Shown piece by piece: positions 10,021-18,754 of a DNA stretch of 43,220 nucleotides. Each line of letters opens with the position of its first letter. Position 1 is the first letter of the stretch. Source of the DNA: a virus (taxonomy: Duplodnaviria; Caudoviricetes). The notes beneath the pieces are model-generated. The model worked only from the letters and a program-made list of their open reading frames with translations. It searched no databases and was not told the origin of the DNA. The stretch is taken from IMG/VR virus record IMGVR_UViG_3300037608_000255, positions 1 through 43,220 of that record; one strand, given 5' to 3'. Both the position numbers and the translations under genes were made by a program.

Positions 10021-10848
10021 TTAAACATACTTAATTCCAGAGAGCTGCGACTTAACCGCATCAGGAATAACGGGGCCGTTAGCCTCCTTAACCACTGCGA
10101 TAAGCCACGCATCAACAAATAGGTTGTCATTTGCAACCACATCGTAGTTACTACCTGCAATGGCGATAGCAGGAGCCTGTTTGGAGAGTGCATCAAAACT
10201 CTTAACGGTTGTACCGTTAGAGGCAGTAACAACAGTTAACGCTTCGTCGGCAGCTACAACCTGACCAGTGGCTGCACCTAAAGTCAACTCGTCGTACAGG
10301 TCGCTACCACGATCAATATTGGTAACCTGCTTTCCGGTCATTGATGCCCCCTTGATGTAGTCACCTACAGCAATGGTATGACCTTTCTTCACCTTTAGCG
10401 CAGTTACGTTGTTCGCTGCTTCGGCATAAGCCAAACCGGTGTGGTTAACCGCTGTAACAGCCACAAGGATAAGTTTGGCATCTTCGGCAAGAGCGCTTGA
10501 AAATGCTCCTGCTAGGGTAACAACGTCCTTGTCGGCGTTGGTGGTCTTGTCAATGGCGGTGATGGTGGCATGCATGGTTGCAGCCTCATCAGCGATCTTG
10601 TCACCCACTTTGAAGTGGTGACCCTTGGCAATCTCCAGCGAGGTACCGGAGCTGTATGCAGTTACTACCTTGCCTGTCTTAACAACATTGTACATGCCGT
10701 CAGAGCCAGCACACAATGGAGTTCCTTCATTCAAAGCAGCACCGCCCAAATTCGCCACGGAAACTGTTACACCGCCAGGGATATCCGCCAGCCTGTGTAT
10801 GATAGCCTTGATGATTCGGCTATCACTCTTTCGTTCGATTTTAAGCAT
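10021..10848 (-). CDS. Head decoration/fiber-like protein with an internally duplicated domain
   Basis: 275 aa, Ala/Thr/Val-rich, between scaffold and capsid; two KGH-x3-GD-x-I...ID...D...TL repeats. Confidence 0.6.
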   Translation of the reverse strand: MLKIERKSDSRIIKAIIHRLADIPGGVTVSVANLGGAALNEGTPLCAGSDGMYNVVKTGKVVTAYSSGTSLEIAKGHHFKVGDKIADEAATMHATITAIDKTTNADKDVVTLAGAFSSALAEDAKLILVAVTAVNHTGLAYAEAANNVTALKVKKGHTIAVGDYIKGASMTGKQVTNIDRGSDLYDELTLGAATGQVVAADEALTVVTASNGTTVKSFDALSKQAPAIAIAGSNYDVVANDNLFVDAWLIAVVKEANGPVIPDAVKSQLSGIKYV

Positions 10849-10876
10849 TTGCTTTAATTTTTTTGTTAAACTTCAA

Positions 10877-11572
10877 TTACACTTCTTTGCCCCCAAGGTT
10901 GCTTTCGGGCTTTGTTTTACTATCGATATAGGAGTTCACGGCTGACGAAACGCCATCCTTGTTTTTTGCTCCCATAATCGGCTTGGTTTGCCCAGACAAC
11001 CCCTTATCGGCTAACTCCTGATTCAGTGCCATGATGTCCGTTTCCACCTCACCCAAGTATTCGGCGAATGTCTCCTCGTTCTCAAAGTTCATTCGCTTGA
11101 AATCTTTCAACTTCTGCGACTTGAACGCATCGGGAACATTGGTTAACTTACTTTCCATTTGCTGAAGCCTTGTCTCGGTGATTTTTTGACCTTTAAAAGA
11201 GCTTATTTCCTTTTGAAGAGGCTCAACAGCAGCCTTAATGGCGGTGGCTATAATCGCTGCGATGTCGTTCGGGTCGGTAGATTTTGGATCCGTCTGCTTG
11301 CCGGGGTCTTGATCCTTTTTCTCTACCATTTCATACTTCTTCCTAAGATTAGTTTCATAGGTCTTGTTGGCGTCGGATATCTCCTTGTCCACTTCGCTGC
11401 GCCAGTCCTTTACAAAGCTGTTCACCTTTTCAGGAGTAAGTTTTTCTACAAGGGCTGTTGCTGCTGCTTCGTCATCGGCCTGTAGCGATATAGCTCCTGC
11501 TAATTGCGCCAGTCCATCTTTACGCACGCCTGCGAACCTTGCGGTGAGTAGTGCGAGAATTTTGTCTTTCAT
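10877..11572 (-). CDS. Capsid scaffolding protein
   Basis: Charged helical protein upstream of the capsid genes; likely start MKDKILALL at 11572. Confidence 0.7.
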   Translation of the reverse strand: MKDKILALLTARFAGVRKDGLAQLAGAISLQADDEAAATALVEKLTPEKVNSFVKDWRSEVDKEISDANKTYETNLRKKYEMVEKKDQDPGKQTDPKSTDPNDIAAIIATAIKAAVEPLQKEISSFKGQKITETRLQQMESKLTNVPDAFKSQKLKDFKRMNFENEETFAEYLGEVETDIMALNQELADKGLSGQTKPIMGAKNKDGVSSAVNSYIDSKTKPESNLGGKEV

Positions 11573-11621
11573 TGTGTTCAAATTTTGGGTTAAATCAGAT
11601 TTATGATTAGTAAAATTAAAA

Positions 11622-11636
11622 GTATTACAGTGATAC
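11622..11636. promoter_or_regulatory. Palindromic box GTATTACAGTGATAC (copy 1 of 6)
   Basis: In the divergent intergenic region upstream of the scaffold gene; matches GTATYAC-N-GTRATAC. Confidence 0.7.
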
Positions 11637-11702
11637 GATAGAGTTTAATTTCAAAAGTTATCAATTAGTTATGATTTTTTATAAATTATTTAACAACATG
11701 AC

Positions 11703-11747
11703 ACATCTATTCAATAAATGTTATATATTTGTATCACAGTAATACAT
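11703..11747 (+). promoter_or_regulatory. Promoter repeat A: -7 TATATTTG plus palindromic box (copy 2)
   Basis: TATATTTG at 11724-11731 fits the Bacteroidota TAnnTTTG element; GTATCACAGTAATAC at 11731-11745; 43/45 identical to 16724-16768. Confidence 0.75.
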
Positions 11748-11774
11748 TAATTAATCACTTAACCCCGCAACAAA

Positions 11775-12056
11775 ATGGCGAAGACAACAATGACAACGGT
11801 AAAGGCTTTCATAAGGAAGAATGCCGACAACATTTATGTAAAAGTTAACAGTTCGTTTTCAGGAATGACCGATTGTGTTGAAGATGTTGAAGATGAGTTT
11901 AGTTTGGTTAGCTCCGATAAGGCGCTAGGTCATCAAGGAGTTTATGTAGTTGGAAACTCTCGTGACTACATTAGAGAGTACAACGATGGAAAGTTCAAAG
12001 GCTTTAAAATATCCAACTGTTGTGGATCTGGAATCCTAGCAACTAAAATTAACTAA
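11775..12056 (+). CDS. Hypothetical phage protein
   Basis: 93 aa, first gene after promoter repeat A; CCGCAAC leader. Confidence 0.75.
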   Translation: MAKTTMTTVKAFIRKNADNIYVKVNSSFSGMTDCVEDVEDEFSLVSSDKALGHQGVYVVGNSRDYIREYNDGKFKGFKISNCCGSGILATKIN

Positions 12057-12094
12057 TAATAAGGGGTAAAATCCCCCACAAAACCGCAACGATT

Positions 12095-12325
12095 ATGAAC
12101 GCGAAAAGAAGAAAAGAACTTGAAAAAGTGACGGAATTAATCGAGCAGGCCAAATGCACCCTGGAACTTATGAAAGAAGAGGAGCAGGAAGCATTCGACA
12201 ACCTGCCGGAATCATTTCAGTCTGGAGAGAAAGGTGAACGAATGGAGGAAGTAATTAACTACCTAGATGATGCATTTGGTGAACTTGAAGCAGCAATCGA
12301 CAACATTAATTCAGCCATCGAATAA
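12095..12325 (+). CDS. Small acidic helical phage protein
   Basis: 76 aa with about 21 D/E residues; CCGCAAC leader. Confidence 0.75.
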   Translation: MNAKRRKELEKVTELIEQAKCTLELMKEEEQEAFDNLPESFQSGEKGERMEEVINYLDDAFGELEAAIDNINSAIE

Positions 12326-12338
12326 CCCCACATTAAGT

Positions 12339-12590
12339 ATGAAAACAAAGTTACCTGAGTCAATCAGCTCTAAAGAGCAAGCAGAAGCGTTTTTGGACGA
12401 GTTAATTATTAATAATGAGGCGTATCACCCTGAGGACGACGCATGCGATACAGACTGGTCACTTCCTGAGGATCAAATCCCAACCGCTGAAGAATGCGAA
12501 AAGTTGAACGCTTTAATGGGTGATATTAATAATATCGATGGATTTGATCCATGTGAATATATCCTTTCAAAATTTTCAAATAATCTTTAA
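12339..12590 (+). CDS. Small acidic hypothetical protein
   Basis: Likely start MKTKLPES at 12339; 83 aa, about 20 D/E versus 5 K. Confidence 0.7.
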   Translation: MKTKLPESISSKEQAEAFLDELIINNEAYHPEDDACDTDWSLPEDQIPTAEECEKLNALMGDINNIDGFDPCEYILSKFSNNL

Positions 12591-12591
12591 T

Positions 12592-12606
12592 GTATCACAC
12601 TAATAC
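12592..12606. promoter_or_regulatory. Palindromic box GTATCACACTAATAC (copy 3)
   Basis: One mismatch to the consensus; ends 2 nt before the likely MTase start at 12608. Confidence 0.6.
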
Positions 12607-12607
12607 T

Positions 12608-14134
12608 ATGTTCAACAGAGACTTTTATCCAACGCCCAAAAGCGTTATCGACTTAATGCTATCACAGGTCGATTTGATAGGCAAGGTTGTATTGGAACCC
12701 TCGGCAGGTTCAGGAAAATTAATCGACTACGCTTTGCAGTTCGGTGCCAAGGGGGTGCTTTGCTGCGAGATCAACGAGGATCTTGCCAGAATTTGTGGAA
12801 GCAAGGGCAGGCTGATAGCCCGAGATTTTTTAACAGTTAGAAGTGAGCAGGTAAGCCATATTGACCTAATCATAATGAATCCTCCTTTTTCGGCTGAAGA
12901 GGACCATATCAACCATGCATGGAACATAGCCCCTGGAGGCTGTCAGATAGTATCCCTATGCAACTGGCAGATGTATAGCAACTCTTTTACAAGGAAAAGA
13001 ACTGAACTTAAAAATCTAATTCTTCAAAACGGCTCAATTGAAAATCTTGGAGATGTATTTACCGATGCTGAAAGGTCAACAGATATAGAAATTGGGCTTG
13101 TGAGACTTTTTAAGCCCAAGTTTGGTGAAGATGAGTTTGATGGTTACTTGTTTGATATGAATGAAGAGCAAGACGAACCTGTCAACTTAACTGGGGTGAT
13201 GAAGCACAACGAAATACGGGAGATTGTGAATCGATATGTTGGTGCGGTTAAGATGTTCGACTCAGTTATGGAGGCAAACAAAACGATCAACAACCTTATT
13301 CAACCCATTTCCAAGGGGTTAGGTATAGGCTTTGGAGCATACCAAACTTATACTTCAAGGGGAGTTCAAACCAAGGATATTAATCGAGAATCATTCAAAA
13401 AGGAGTTGCAGAAATCGGCATGGGCATCTGTGTTTGATAAGATGAATATGCAGAAATATGTTACAACTGGTGTTATGTCAGACATTAACAAGTTTGTTGA
13501 GCAGCAGCAGCAAGTGCCGTTTACTATGGGCAATGTATTTAGGATGCTTGAGATAATAATTGGAACACATTCAGGACGAATGGATATGGTTCTAGTAGAG
13601 GTTTTCGATAGGATCTGCGAATTATCCGCCGACAACTCCGAGGCTGGTGAAAAATGGAAGACCAATAGTAACTACAAGGTAAATCGTAGATTCATCAGCA
13701 ATTGGGTTTGTGAGTACGATAATCGCTGGCCAACCAACCATGTAAAAATTAGGGTTGGACATCGTGAAACGCTTATCGATGACACGGTTAAAGCCCTCTG
13801 CTTTATTACTGGCAAAAGCTATGATCAGGTGATGCTGATGGAATACACCAATAACTGGGGCAGTAAGGAACGATGCCATAAGAGTCTTTACAGTTTCTTT
13901 AATTATAACCATACCCCTTGGGGTGAGTGGGTGCAATGGAATGAGTTCTTTAGGGTGCGAGGCTACAAGAAGGGTACCATGCACTTCGAGTTTGTGAGTG
14001 AGGATGTGTGGATGGAGTTTAATATTCGAGTGGCCAAGATCAAGGGTTGGCAGCTACCAAAAAAAACCGATAACAAGCGCAAAGGCACTGAACGTACGAG
14101 GCAAACAGGGGTTGAACTTTTTGAAACTGTTTAA
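12608..14134 (+). CDS. Amino-DNA methyltransferase fused to a DUF4942-like domain
   Basis: DFYPTP, VLEPSAGSG (SAM binding) and IMNPPF (catalytic) motifs; C-terminal FFRVRGYKKGTMHFEF typical of DUF4942. Confidence 0.85.
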   Translation: MFNRDFYPTPKSVIDLMLSQVDLIGKVVLEPSAGSGKLIDYALQFGAKGVLCCEINEDLARICGSKGRLIARDFLTVRSEQVSHIDLIIMNPPFSAEEDHINHAWNIAPGGCQIVSLCNWQMYSNSFTRKRTELKNLILQNGSIENLGDVFTDAERSTDIEIGLVRLFKPKFGEDEFDGYLFDMNEEQDEPVNLTGVMKHNEIREIVNRYVGAVKMFDSVMEANKTINNLIQPISKGLGIGFGAYQTYTSRGVQTKDINRESFKKELQKSAWASVFDKMNMQKYVTTGVMSDINKFVEQQQQVPFTMGNVFRMLEIIIGTHSGRMDMVLVEVFDRICELSADNSEAGEKWKTNSNYKVNRRFISNWVCEYDNRWPTNHVKIRVGHRETLIDDTVKALCFITGKSYDQVMLMEYTNNWGSKERCHKSLYSFFNYNHTPWGEWVQWNEFFRVRGYKKGTMHFEFVSEDVWMEFNIRVAKIKGWQLPKKTDNKRKGTERTRQTGVELFETV

Positions 14135-14136
14135 AT

Positions 14137-14373
14137 ATGCAGCTTACGATATTCCATCAGCTAATAGGATTGCCCTGCAAATGTTTAGGCAAGAATGGGA
14201 TAGTTGTGGATGTCTGCTTTATTGGCGGTGAGCCTCATGTAATGATTCACACCCAGTTTGAAAAAGCCTCGCTTTCACATTTTCATTCAAGGAAGTGGAT
14301 TTACAGTATAATATACTCAGTTGAAGAATTTAATAATCAAAGAAATGGAGAGACTTCAAGAATTAATGAATGA
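14137..14373 (+). CDS. Hypothetical protein
   Basis: 78 aa in operon context. Confidence 0.5.
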   Translation: MQLTIFHQLIGLPCKCLGKNGIVVDVCFIGGEPHVMIHTQFEKASLSHFHSRKWIYSIIYSVEEFNNQRNGETSRINE

Positions 14374-14713
14374 AATATCTGAATGGTCAGATAATACTTT
14401 CGGAGAGTTACAAAGAAACCCAGCAATAGTTCATCACCTAAAAAAAGAGGTTGATGAATTAATACAGGCACTTGATTACACCCACTTGCTCGGAATTGAC
14501 GAAAGTGTTGGAGCCGGGGAATTTGGAAGACAACTTTCAAAAACAAAAATGGAGTATGCAGACTGCTTTATGCTTTTGCTTGATTCAGCTCATCACTTTG
14601 GTTTAAATGCAGAGAATATTTTAGAATTAACCCGTGAAAAACTTGGCATAAACAAGGCTCGAAAATGGGGTAAGCCCGATGTGAATGGGATAGTTGAACA
14701 TATCCGTGAATAG
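14345..14713 (+). CDS. MazG-like dATP/dGTP pyrophosphohydrolase (DUF550-like)
   Basis: WSDNTFG...HLKKEVDE...EYADCFMLLLD...KLGINKARKWGKP pattern; likely ATG at 14345. Confidence 0.75.
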   Translation: MERLQELMNEISEWSDNTFGELQRNPAIVHHLKKEVDELIQALDYTHLLGIDESVGAGEFGRQLSKTKMEYADCFMLLLDSAHHFGLNAENILELTREKLGINKARKWGKPDVNGIVEHIRE

Positions 14714-14714
14714 T

Positions 14715-14972
14715 ATGGAGAGAAATTCAATCCGCTACATTTTATTCCTCATTGATTCGAAAATCAAAGACCACGATGGGAAGATATTCTGCTCGCTCAG
14801 AGATGCCCGAGAATATGCCAAGGATACGATTAAAGAAAAGTATGCAGACAAGGCTGTAGTAGGGATGTTTGTGTGGGATGAAGGGGCAAGAGAAATGCTG
14901 ATCACAATGGTTGAAACAATCGGTTTTAAAGGAGATAAAATGGATGTACTTCAATTAAAACTTTTTAAATGA
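14715..14972 (+). CDS. Hypothetical protein
   Basis: Likely ATG at 14715; ends QLKLFK, resembling a QLxLF clamp-binding motif. Confidence 0.6.
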   Translation: MERNSIRYILFLIDSKIKDHDGKIFCSLRDAREYAKDTIKEKYADKAVVGMFVWDEGAREMLITMVETIGFKGDKMDVLQLKLFK

Positions 14973-14978
14973 AAATTT

Positions 14979-16463
14979 ATGATGAATCTACTATACATAG
15001 ATCTCTTTGCTGGGGCAGGTGGCGTTACAACAGGCGTTGAGAACGCTAGGCTGAATGGCGCAAAAGTCGCAAAAGTTATCGCTGCAGTAAATCACGATCC
15101 GATTGCCATAGCTAGCCATTCGGCTAATCACCCTGAAACACATCATTTTATTGAAGACATCAAAACCTTAGATGTTTCAAAACTTGTTGCAATTGCTAAT
15201 GGGGCAAAAAGAGAAAATCCTGAAGCGAAGCTGGTTCTGTGGGCAAGTTTGGAGTGTACCAACTTTAGTAATGCCAAGGGAGGGTTGCCCAGGGATGCCG
15301 ACAGTAGAACTTTAGCCAACCATTTGTTTAGATATATAGAGGCGTTGAATCCTGATTACATTCAAATTGAGAATGTGAGGGAGTTCATGAGTTGGGGGCC
15401 ACTGGATGATAATGGCAAACCTGTATCAAGGCTTGAGGGGCAGGATTACATTCGTTGGGTAAACAGAGTGAAAGTTTATGGCTATGATTTTAATTGGCGA
15501 TTATTAAATGCTGCCGATTTTGGGGCTTACACTTCAAGGGTAAGGTACTTTGCTCAGTTTGCGAAACAAGATCTACCAATAACTTGGCCTGAAACAACAC
15601 ACTCAAAGGATGTGAGTGGAACGTTATTCAATACATTAAAACCATGGAAACCTGTTAAGGATGTTTTGGATTTAAACGATGAAGGCGAAAGTATATTTAA
15701 TCGCAATAAGGATTTATCTGACAAAACCCTTGAGCGAATACATGCAGGTTTAGTGAAATATGTTGCTAATGGTAAAAAAGAGTTTCTTAGTAAGTACTTT
15801 TCAGGGAAGCCAATGCATAAGAATATTAGCATTGATGGTCCATCGGGTGCTTTAAAAACAAAGGATAGTCATGCGCTAGTAAAGTGTTTTATAAGTCAGT
15901 ACTATGGCAATGGTGGGAATAGTTCAATTGATAGACCTTCGCCAACCCTCACTACCAAAGATCGTTTAAGTTTAATATGGATAGACAAACAATACTCTGG
16001 TCCTCATAATCATCAGAACGCAAACTCCCCAATGGGAACCCTCACAACCATTCCCAAAGCGAGCCTTATGAAAGCCTTTATCCTTAATCCCTCTTGGGGT
16101 GGCCACAACGGAAATATAGATTCTCCATGCTGTGTGATCGTTGCCCGACAGGACAAAGCACCATTATACTTGGTTGCAGTTGAAGAAGGTAATATTGCCA
16201 TTCCTGTATACGAGAGCGATACCGAGGCTATGATTAAAATAAAGGAGTTTATGGCTCTTTACGGCATTATTGATATTAAAATGCGAATGCTTCGGGTGAA
16301 GGAGTTGAAACTAATTACAGGATTTCCTGAATCCTATGTTCTCAAGGGGAATCAGAATGATCAAAAGAAATCCATTGGGAACGCTGTACCATGCATTGTT
16401 CCAAGAAGAATGGTCGAATCTTTAAGCAGAAAAATAATAGAAACCAAATTAAAAGTAGCCTGA
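14979..16463 (+). CDS. C5-cytosine DNA methyltransferase
   Basis: DLFAGAGG (motif I), SLECTNFS (catalytic Cys, EC variant), IENVREF (motif VI), RVRYF (motif VIII), IGNAVP (motif X). Confidence 0.9.
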   Translation: MMNLLYIDLFAGAGGVTTGVENARLNGAKVAKVIAAVNHDPIAIASHSANHPETHHFIEDIKTLDVSKLVAIANGAKRENPEAKLVLWASLECTNFSNAKGGLPRDADSRTLANHLFRYIEALNPDYIQIENVREFMSWGPLDDNGKPVSRLEGQDYIRWVNRVKVYGYDFNWRLLNAADFGAYTSRVRYFAQFAKQDLPITWPETTHSKDVSGTLFNTLKPWKPVKDVLDLNDEGESIFNRNKDLSDKTLERIHAGLVKYVANGKKEFLSKYFSGKPMHKNISIDGPSGALKTKDSHALVKCFISQYYGNGGNSSIDRPSPTLTTKDRLSLIWIDKQYSGPHNHQNANSPMGTLTTIPKASLMKAFILNPSWGGHNGNIDSPCCVIVARQDKAPLYLVAVEEGNIAIPVYESDTEAMIKIKEFMALYGIIDIKMRMLRVKELKLITGFPESYVLKGNQNDQKKSIGNAVPCIVPRRMVESLSRKIIETKLKVA

Positions 16464-16738
16464 TGACAAATACCTACAAGCGTGACAAGTGTGTTCACGT
16501 ACACTTTAAAGACTCTGGAGCAGATTTTTACTTCGGATCAATTGCAGCCATATTTTACTTGTTCACCCCACAGGACGTAGGGGTAACCCAAAATCGATTG
16601 TATCAGGTGAAGCTTGAACCGGGTAAGCCATATAGAAACAAAGTGTGCACCATTAATGTCGGCCCTCTTTACCGTAAGAGAGGGAACAGGAATAATGTTG
16701 TAAAATTATTAGATGTAAATAGAACATATATTCAGTAA
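16463..16738 (+). CDS. Hypothetical basic phage protein, possibly DNA-binding
   Basis: ATG overlaps the MTase stop (TGATG); FYFGSIAAIF segment. Confidence 0.6.
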   Translation: MTNTYKRDKCVHVHFKDSGADFYFGSIAAIFYLFTPQDVGVTQNRLYQVKLEPGKPYRNKVCTINVGPLYRKRGNRNNVVKLLDVNRTYIQ

Positions 16739-16768
16739 ATGTTATATATTTGTATCACAGTAATACAT
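16724..16768 (+). promoter_or_regulatory. Promoter repeat B: -7 TATATTTG plus palindromic box (copy 4)
   Basis: 43/45 direct repeat of 11703-11747, directly upstream of the Dam-like gene. Confidence 0.75.
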
Positions 16769-16774
16769 AAATTT

Positions 16775-17623
16775 ATGTCAGGCAATAAAAGTAAGATAAT
16801 AGCCTTTAACTATTTTGGCGGTAAGTTTACTTGGTTAGATTACTTGTACAGTGAATTCCCGAGTAACTTCAAACACCTAATTGATTTGTTTGGGGGTAGT
16901 TTTGTGGTATCTCTCAATTATAAAGGGAATGTAATTAAAACTGCCAATGAACTTAATAATGACATCACAAACTTTTTCCAAGTTTTAAGAGATCACGAGG
17001 CTGAATTAATAAGGCTATTACTGCTCACACCATGTTCCGAGGCAGAATATAACAGTTGTTGGGAAAACTCCAACAATAATATCGAGCAAGCCCGTCGGTT
17101 TTATGTAAGAGTGCGCCAATCGTTTTTTGGCCTTGGCGCACAACGTAAAAACAAGGGTTGGCATATGGCTAAAACTAAAGTGAACGCCAAGGGAGGGGAA
17201 ACTGTTAGCAAATGGAATAACTCTATTTCAAAACTCTACACCGTTGCTAACGTTATCAGATCTAATTTTCAGATTACCCCCTTCGATTATGCCACATGTA
17301 TAGATAAAATAGACTTTGTTGATGCCTTTTTTTATTGCGATCCGCCTTATAGTAAACGAAGCAGAGCAAGTTTTAACGATTATAAGTATGAGTTTTCCGA
17401 TCAAAACCATTATGAACTGGCCAGTAAACTTAATGCCATTAAAGGCAAAGCCATGGTTAGTGGTTACGACTGCTCCCTTATGAATGAGTTGTATAAAGAT
17501 TGGAGAAAAGTAAAATTTCCAATCAAAAAAAACAACATCAGATCTGGCGAAGTTCAGGAAGTAATTTTCATGAACTATGAAAAGGAATACGCTACCCCAA
17601 ACCTTTTTAAAAGTAGTATTTAG
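16775..17623 (+). CDS. D12-class N6-adenine DNA methyltransferase (Dam-like)
   Basis: YFGGK, DLFGGS and YCDPPY motifs; likely start MSGNKS at 16775. Confidence 0.9.
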   Translation: MSGNKSKIIAFNYFGGKFTWLDYLYSEFPSNFKHLIDLFGGSFVVSLNYKGNVIKTANELNNDITNFFQVLRDHEAELIRLLLLTPCSEAEYNSCWENSNNNIEQARRFYVRVRQSFFGLGAQRKNKGWHMAKTKVNAKGGETVSKWNNSISKLYTVANVIRSNFQITPFDYATCIDKIDFVDAFFYCDPPYSKRSRASFNDYKYEFSDQNHYELASKLNAIKGKAMVSGYDCSLMNELYKDWRKVKFPIKKNNIRSGEVQEVIFMNYEKEYATPNLFKSSI

Positions 17624-17655
17624 TATCGTCTTCCTGATGTCAGGAAGATGATACT
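17622..17655. repeat. 16-bp-arm near-perfect palindrome, possibly a terminator
   Basis: AGTATCGTCTTCCTGA-TG-TCAGGAAGATGATACT with one G.T pair, followed by TTT. Confidence 0.7.
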
Positions 17656-17698
17656 TTGTATCGATTGTTATTATTAATCTTTTAAACAATAAATAATT

Positions 17699-18313
17699 AT
17701 GGAATTTCAAGATTTAAAAGACAAAGCCAAAGAGCTTTTAGAGCCATTAGAGCAAAGGTATTACACATCATTGAGTGATGTTCATTGGGTTACACAAGAT
17801 GGCCACGATGTTGAAGGTGATTATTGTGAAAATTGCATTGAAAAAGCTGTCAAAAATGCTCGTAAATCTCTCAAAGAAGAAAGGCAAAAAGTATTAGCCA
17901 AATTCAAAGAGGTTGAAGAAACTGGCAAGTTTAATGGCGAACAAGTAAAAAGCAAATACACCGATACCGAAATTAAGAAAGCCAAGCGGTATGAGTTAAA
18001 ACAATTAGGTGTTTCAAAATTCAGTAGCACTTATAATCATGGTGGTGGATATGAATCTGATAATTTTTTGACTTGTGAAATTTGCGATAAAGAATTAAAC
18101 ATTTCAATTCTCCCAAACGACCAAAATCTTCAATACATTATTGAAGATATGGAAGACGGAAAGATTGATGACCAAACAGGATATAGAGCATATTGGCTGC
18201 TTTACAACTCATGGGATGAAGAAAGTGAGCGTTATAAGGATGAATTTGAGTTAACCGTCAAATTGGCTAAAAGAGTTATTGAAATACTCGATGTCGTTGC
18301 GGTCGGTTCTTAG
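17699..18313 (+). CDS. Hypothetical protein with two CxxC motifs (cassette-like gene 1)
   Basis: 204 aa, acidic, with CENC and CEIC; stop is followed immediately by the attC-like site. Confidence 0.8.
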   Translation: MEFQDLKDKAKELLEPLEQRYYTSLSDVHWVTQDGHDVEGDYCENCIEKAVKNARKSLKEERQKVLAKFKEVEETGKFNGEQVKSKYTDTEIKKAKRYELKQLGVSKFSSTYNHGGGYESDNFLTCEICDKELNISILPNDQNLQYIIEDMEDGKIDDQTGYRAYWLLYNSWDEESERYKDEFELTVKLAKRVIEILDVVAVGS

Positions 18314-18318
18314 CATCT

Positions 18319-18412
18319 CGCTAACGGCTGGGGGTAAGAACGCAGGGGAGGAGTTCCCGAAACACTCTCCTATCAGCCGAGAAGCCCCTGTGGTTTTTAC
18401 CCCTTGTTACCG
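18319..18412. other. attC-like recombination site
   Basis: CGCTAAC...GTTACCG ends; arms GGGGTAAGAAC/GTTTTTACCCC and GCAGGGG/CCCCTGT with a bulged G at 18392; inner AGGAG/CTCCT stem; GC-rich in AT-rich context. Confidence 0.7.
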
Positions 18413-18448
18413 CTTGGCTTTTATTATTAACCTTTTAATCATACAATT

Positions 18449-18754
18449 ATGAAATTTATCGTATCAACAAAATGCTTTCTAAAAGCAATTATGAAAGCGA
18501 TGGAGTTAAAAATTAATTGCTTTGAGTATGTGTATGCTAATCGAGAAATTGTCTTTACTGATGATTTAAAATTAACAATACACGTTTTAGAGGGAGCTTT
18601 TCACAATTCAAAATACACCTTTGACTTTTTTCAAGTCGTTCGGCTATGTAATTTCCTAAACGAATTACAAGAGCAGCCTATTGTTGTCGAAATTGAGCAA
18701 TACGACGAAAATAATTTATCAATCGAGTTATCGCAATTTGTCGTGTCTTTTTAA
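18449..18754 (+). CDS. Beta-clamp (DnaN) domain-I-like small protein (cassette-like gene 2)
   Basis: 101 aa; MKFIVS start and LNELQEQPIVVEI...ENNLSIEL resemble Bacteroidota DnaN domain I; flanked by 13/15 inverted core sites. Confidence 0.55.
   Translation: MKFIVSTKCFLKAIMKAMELKINCFEYVYANREIVFTDDLKLTIHVLEGAFHNSKYTFDFFQVVRLCNFLNELQEQPIVVEIEQYDENNLSIELSQFVVSF

Noticed and set aside
209-11606. Many plus-strand ORFs antisense to structural genes, and the alternative-frame ORFs 10008-10232 and 3476-3730
   Set aside because: Shadow ORFs overlapping strong genes, with no motifs
11622-16768. GTATCACAGTAATAC repeats as a CRISPR array
   Set aside because: Copies are dispersed, irregularly spaced and promoter-associated; no cas genes are present
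17228-17710. 160-aa minus-strand ORF
   Set aside because: Antisense to the Dam-like MTase, with no independent support
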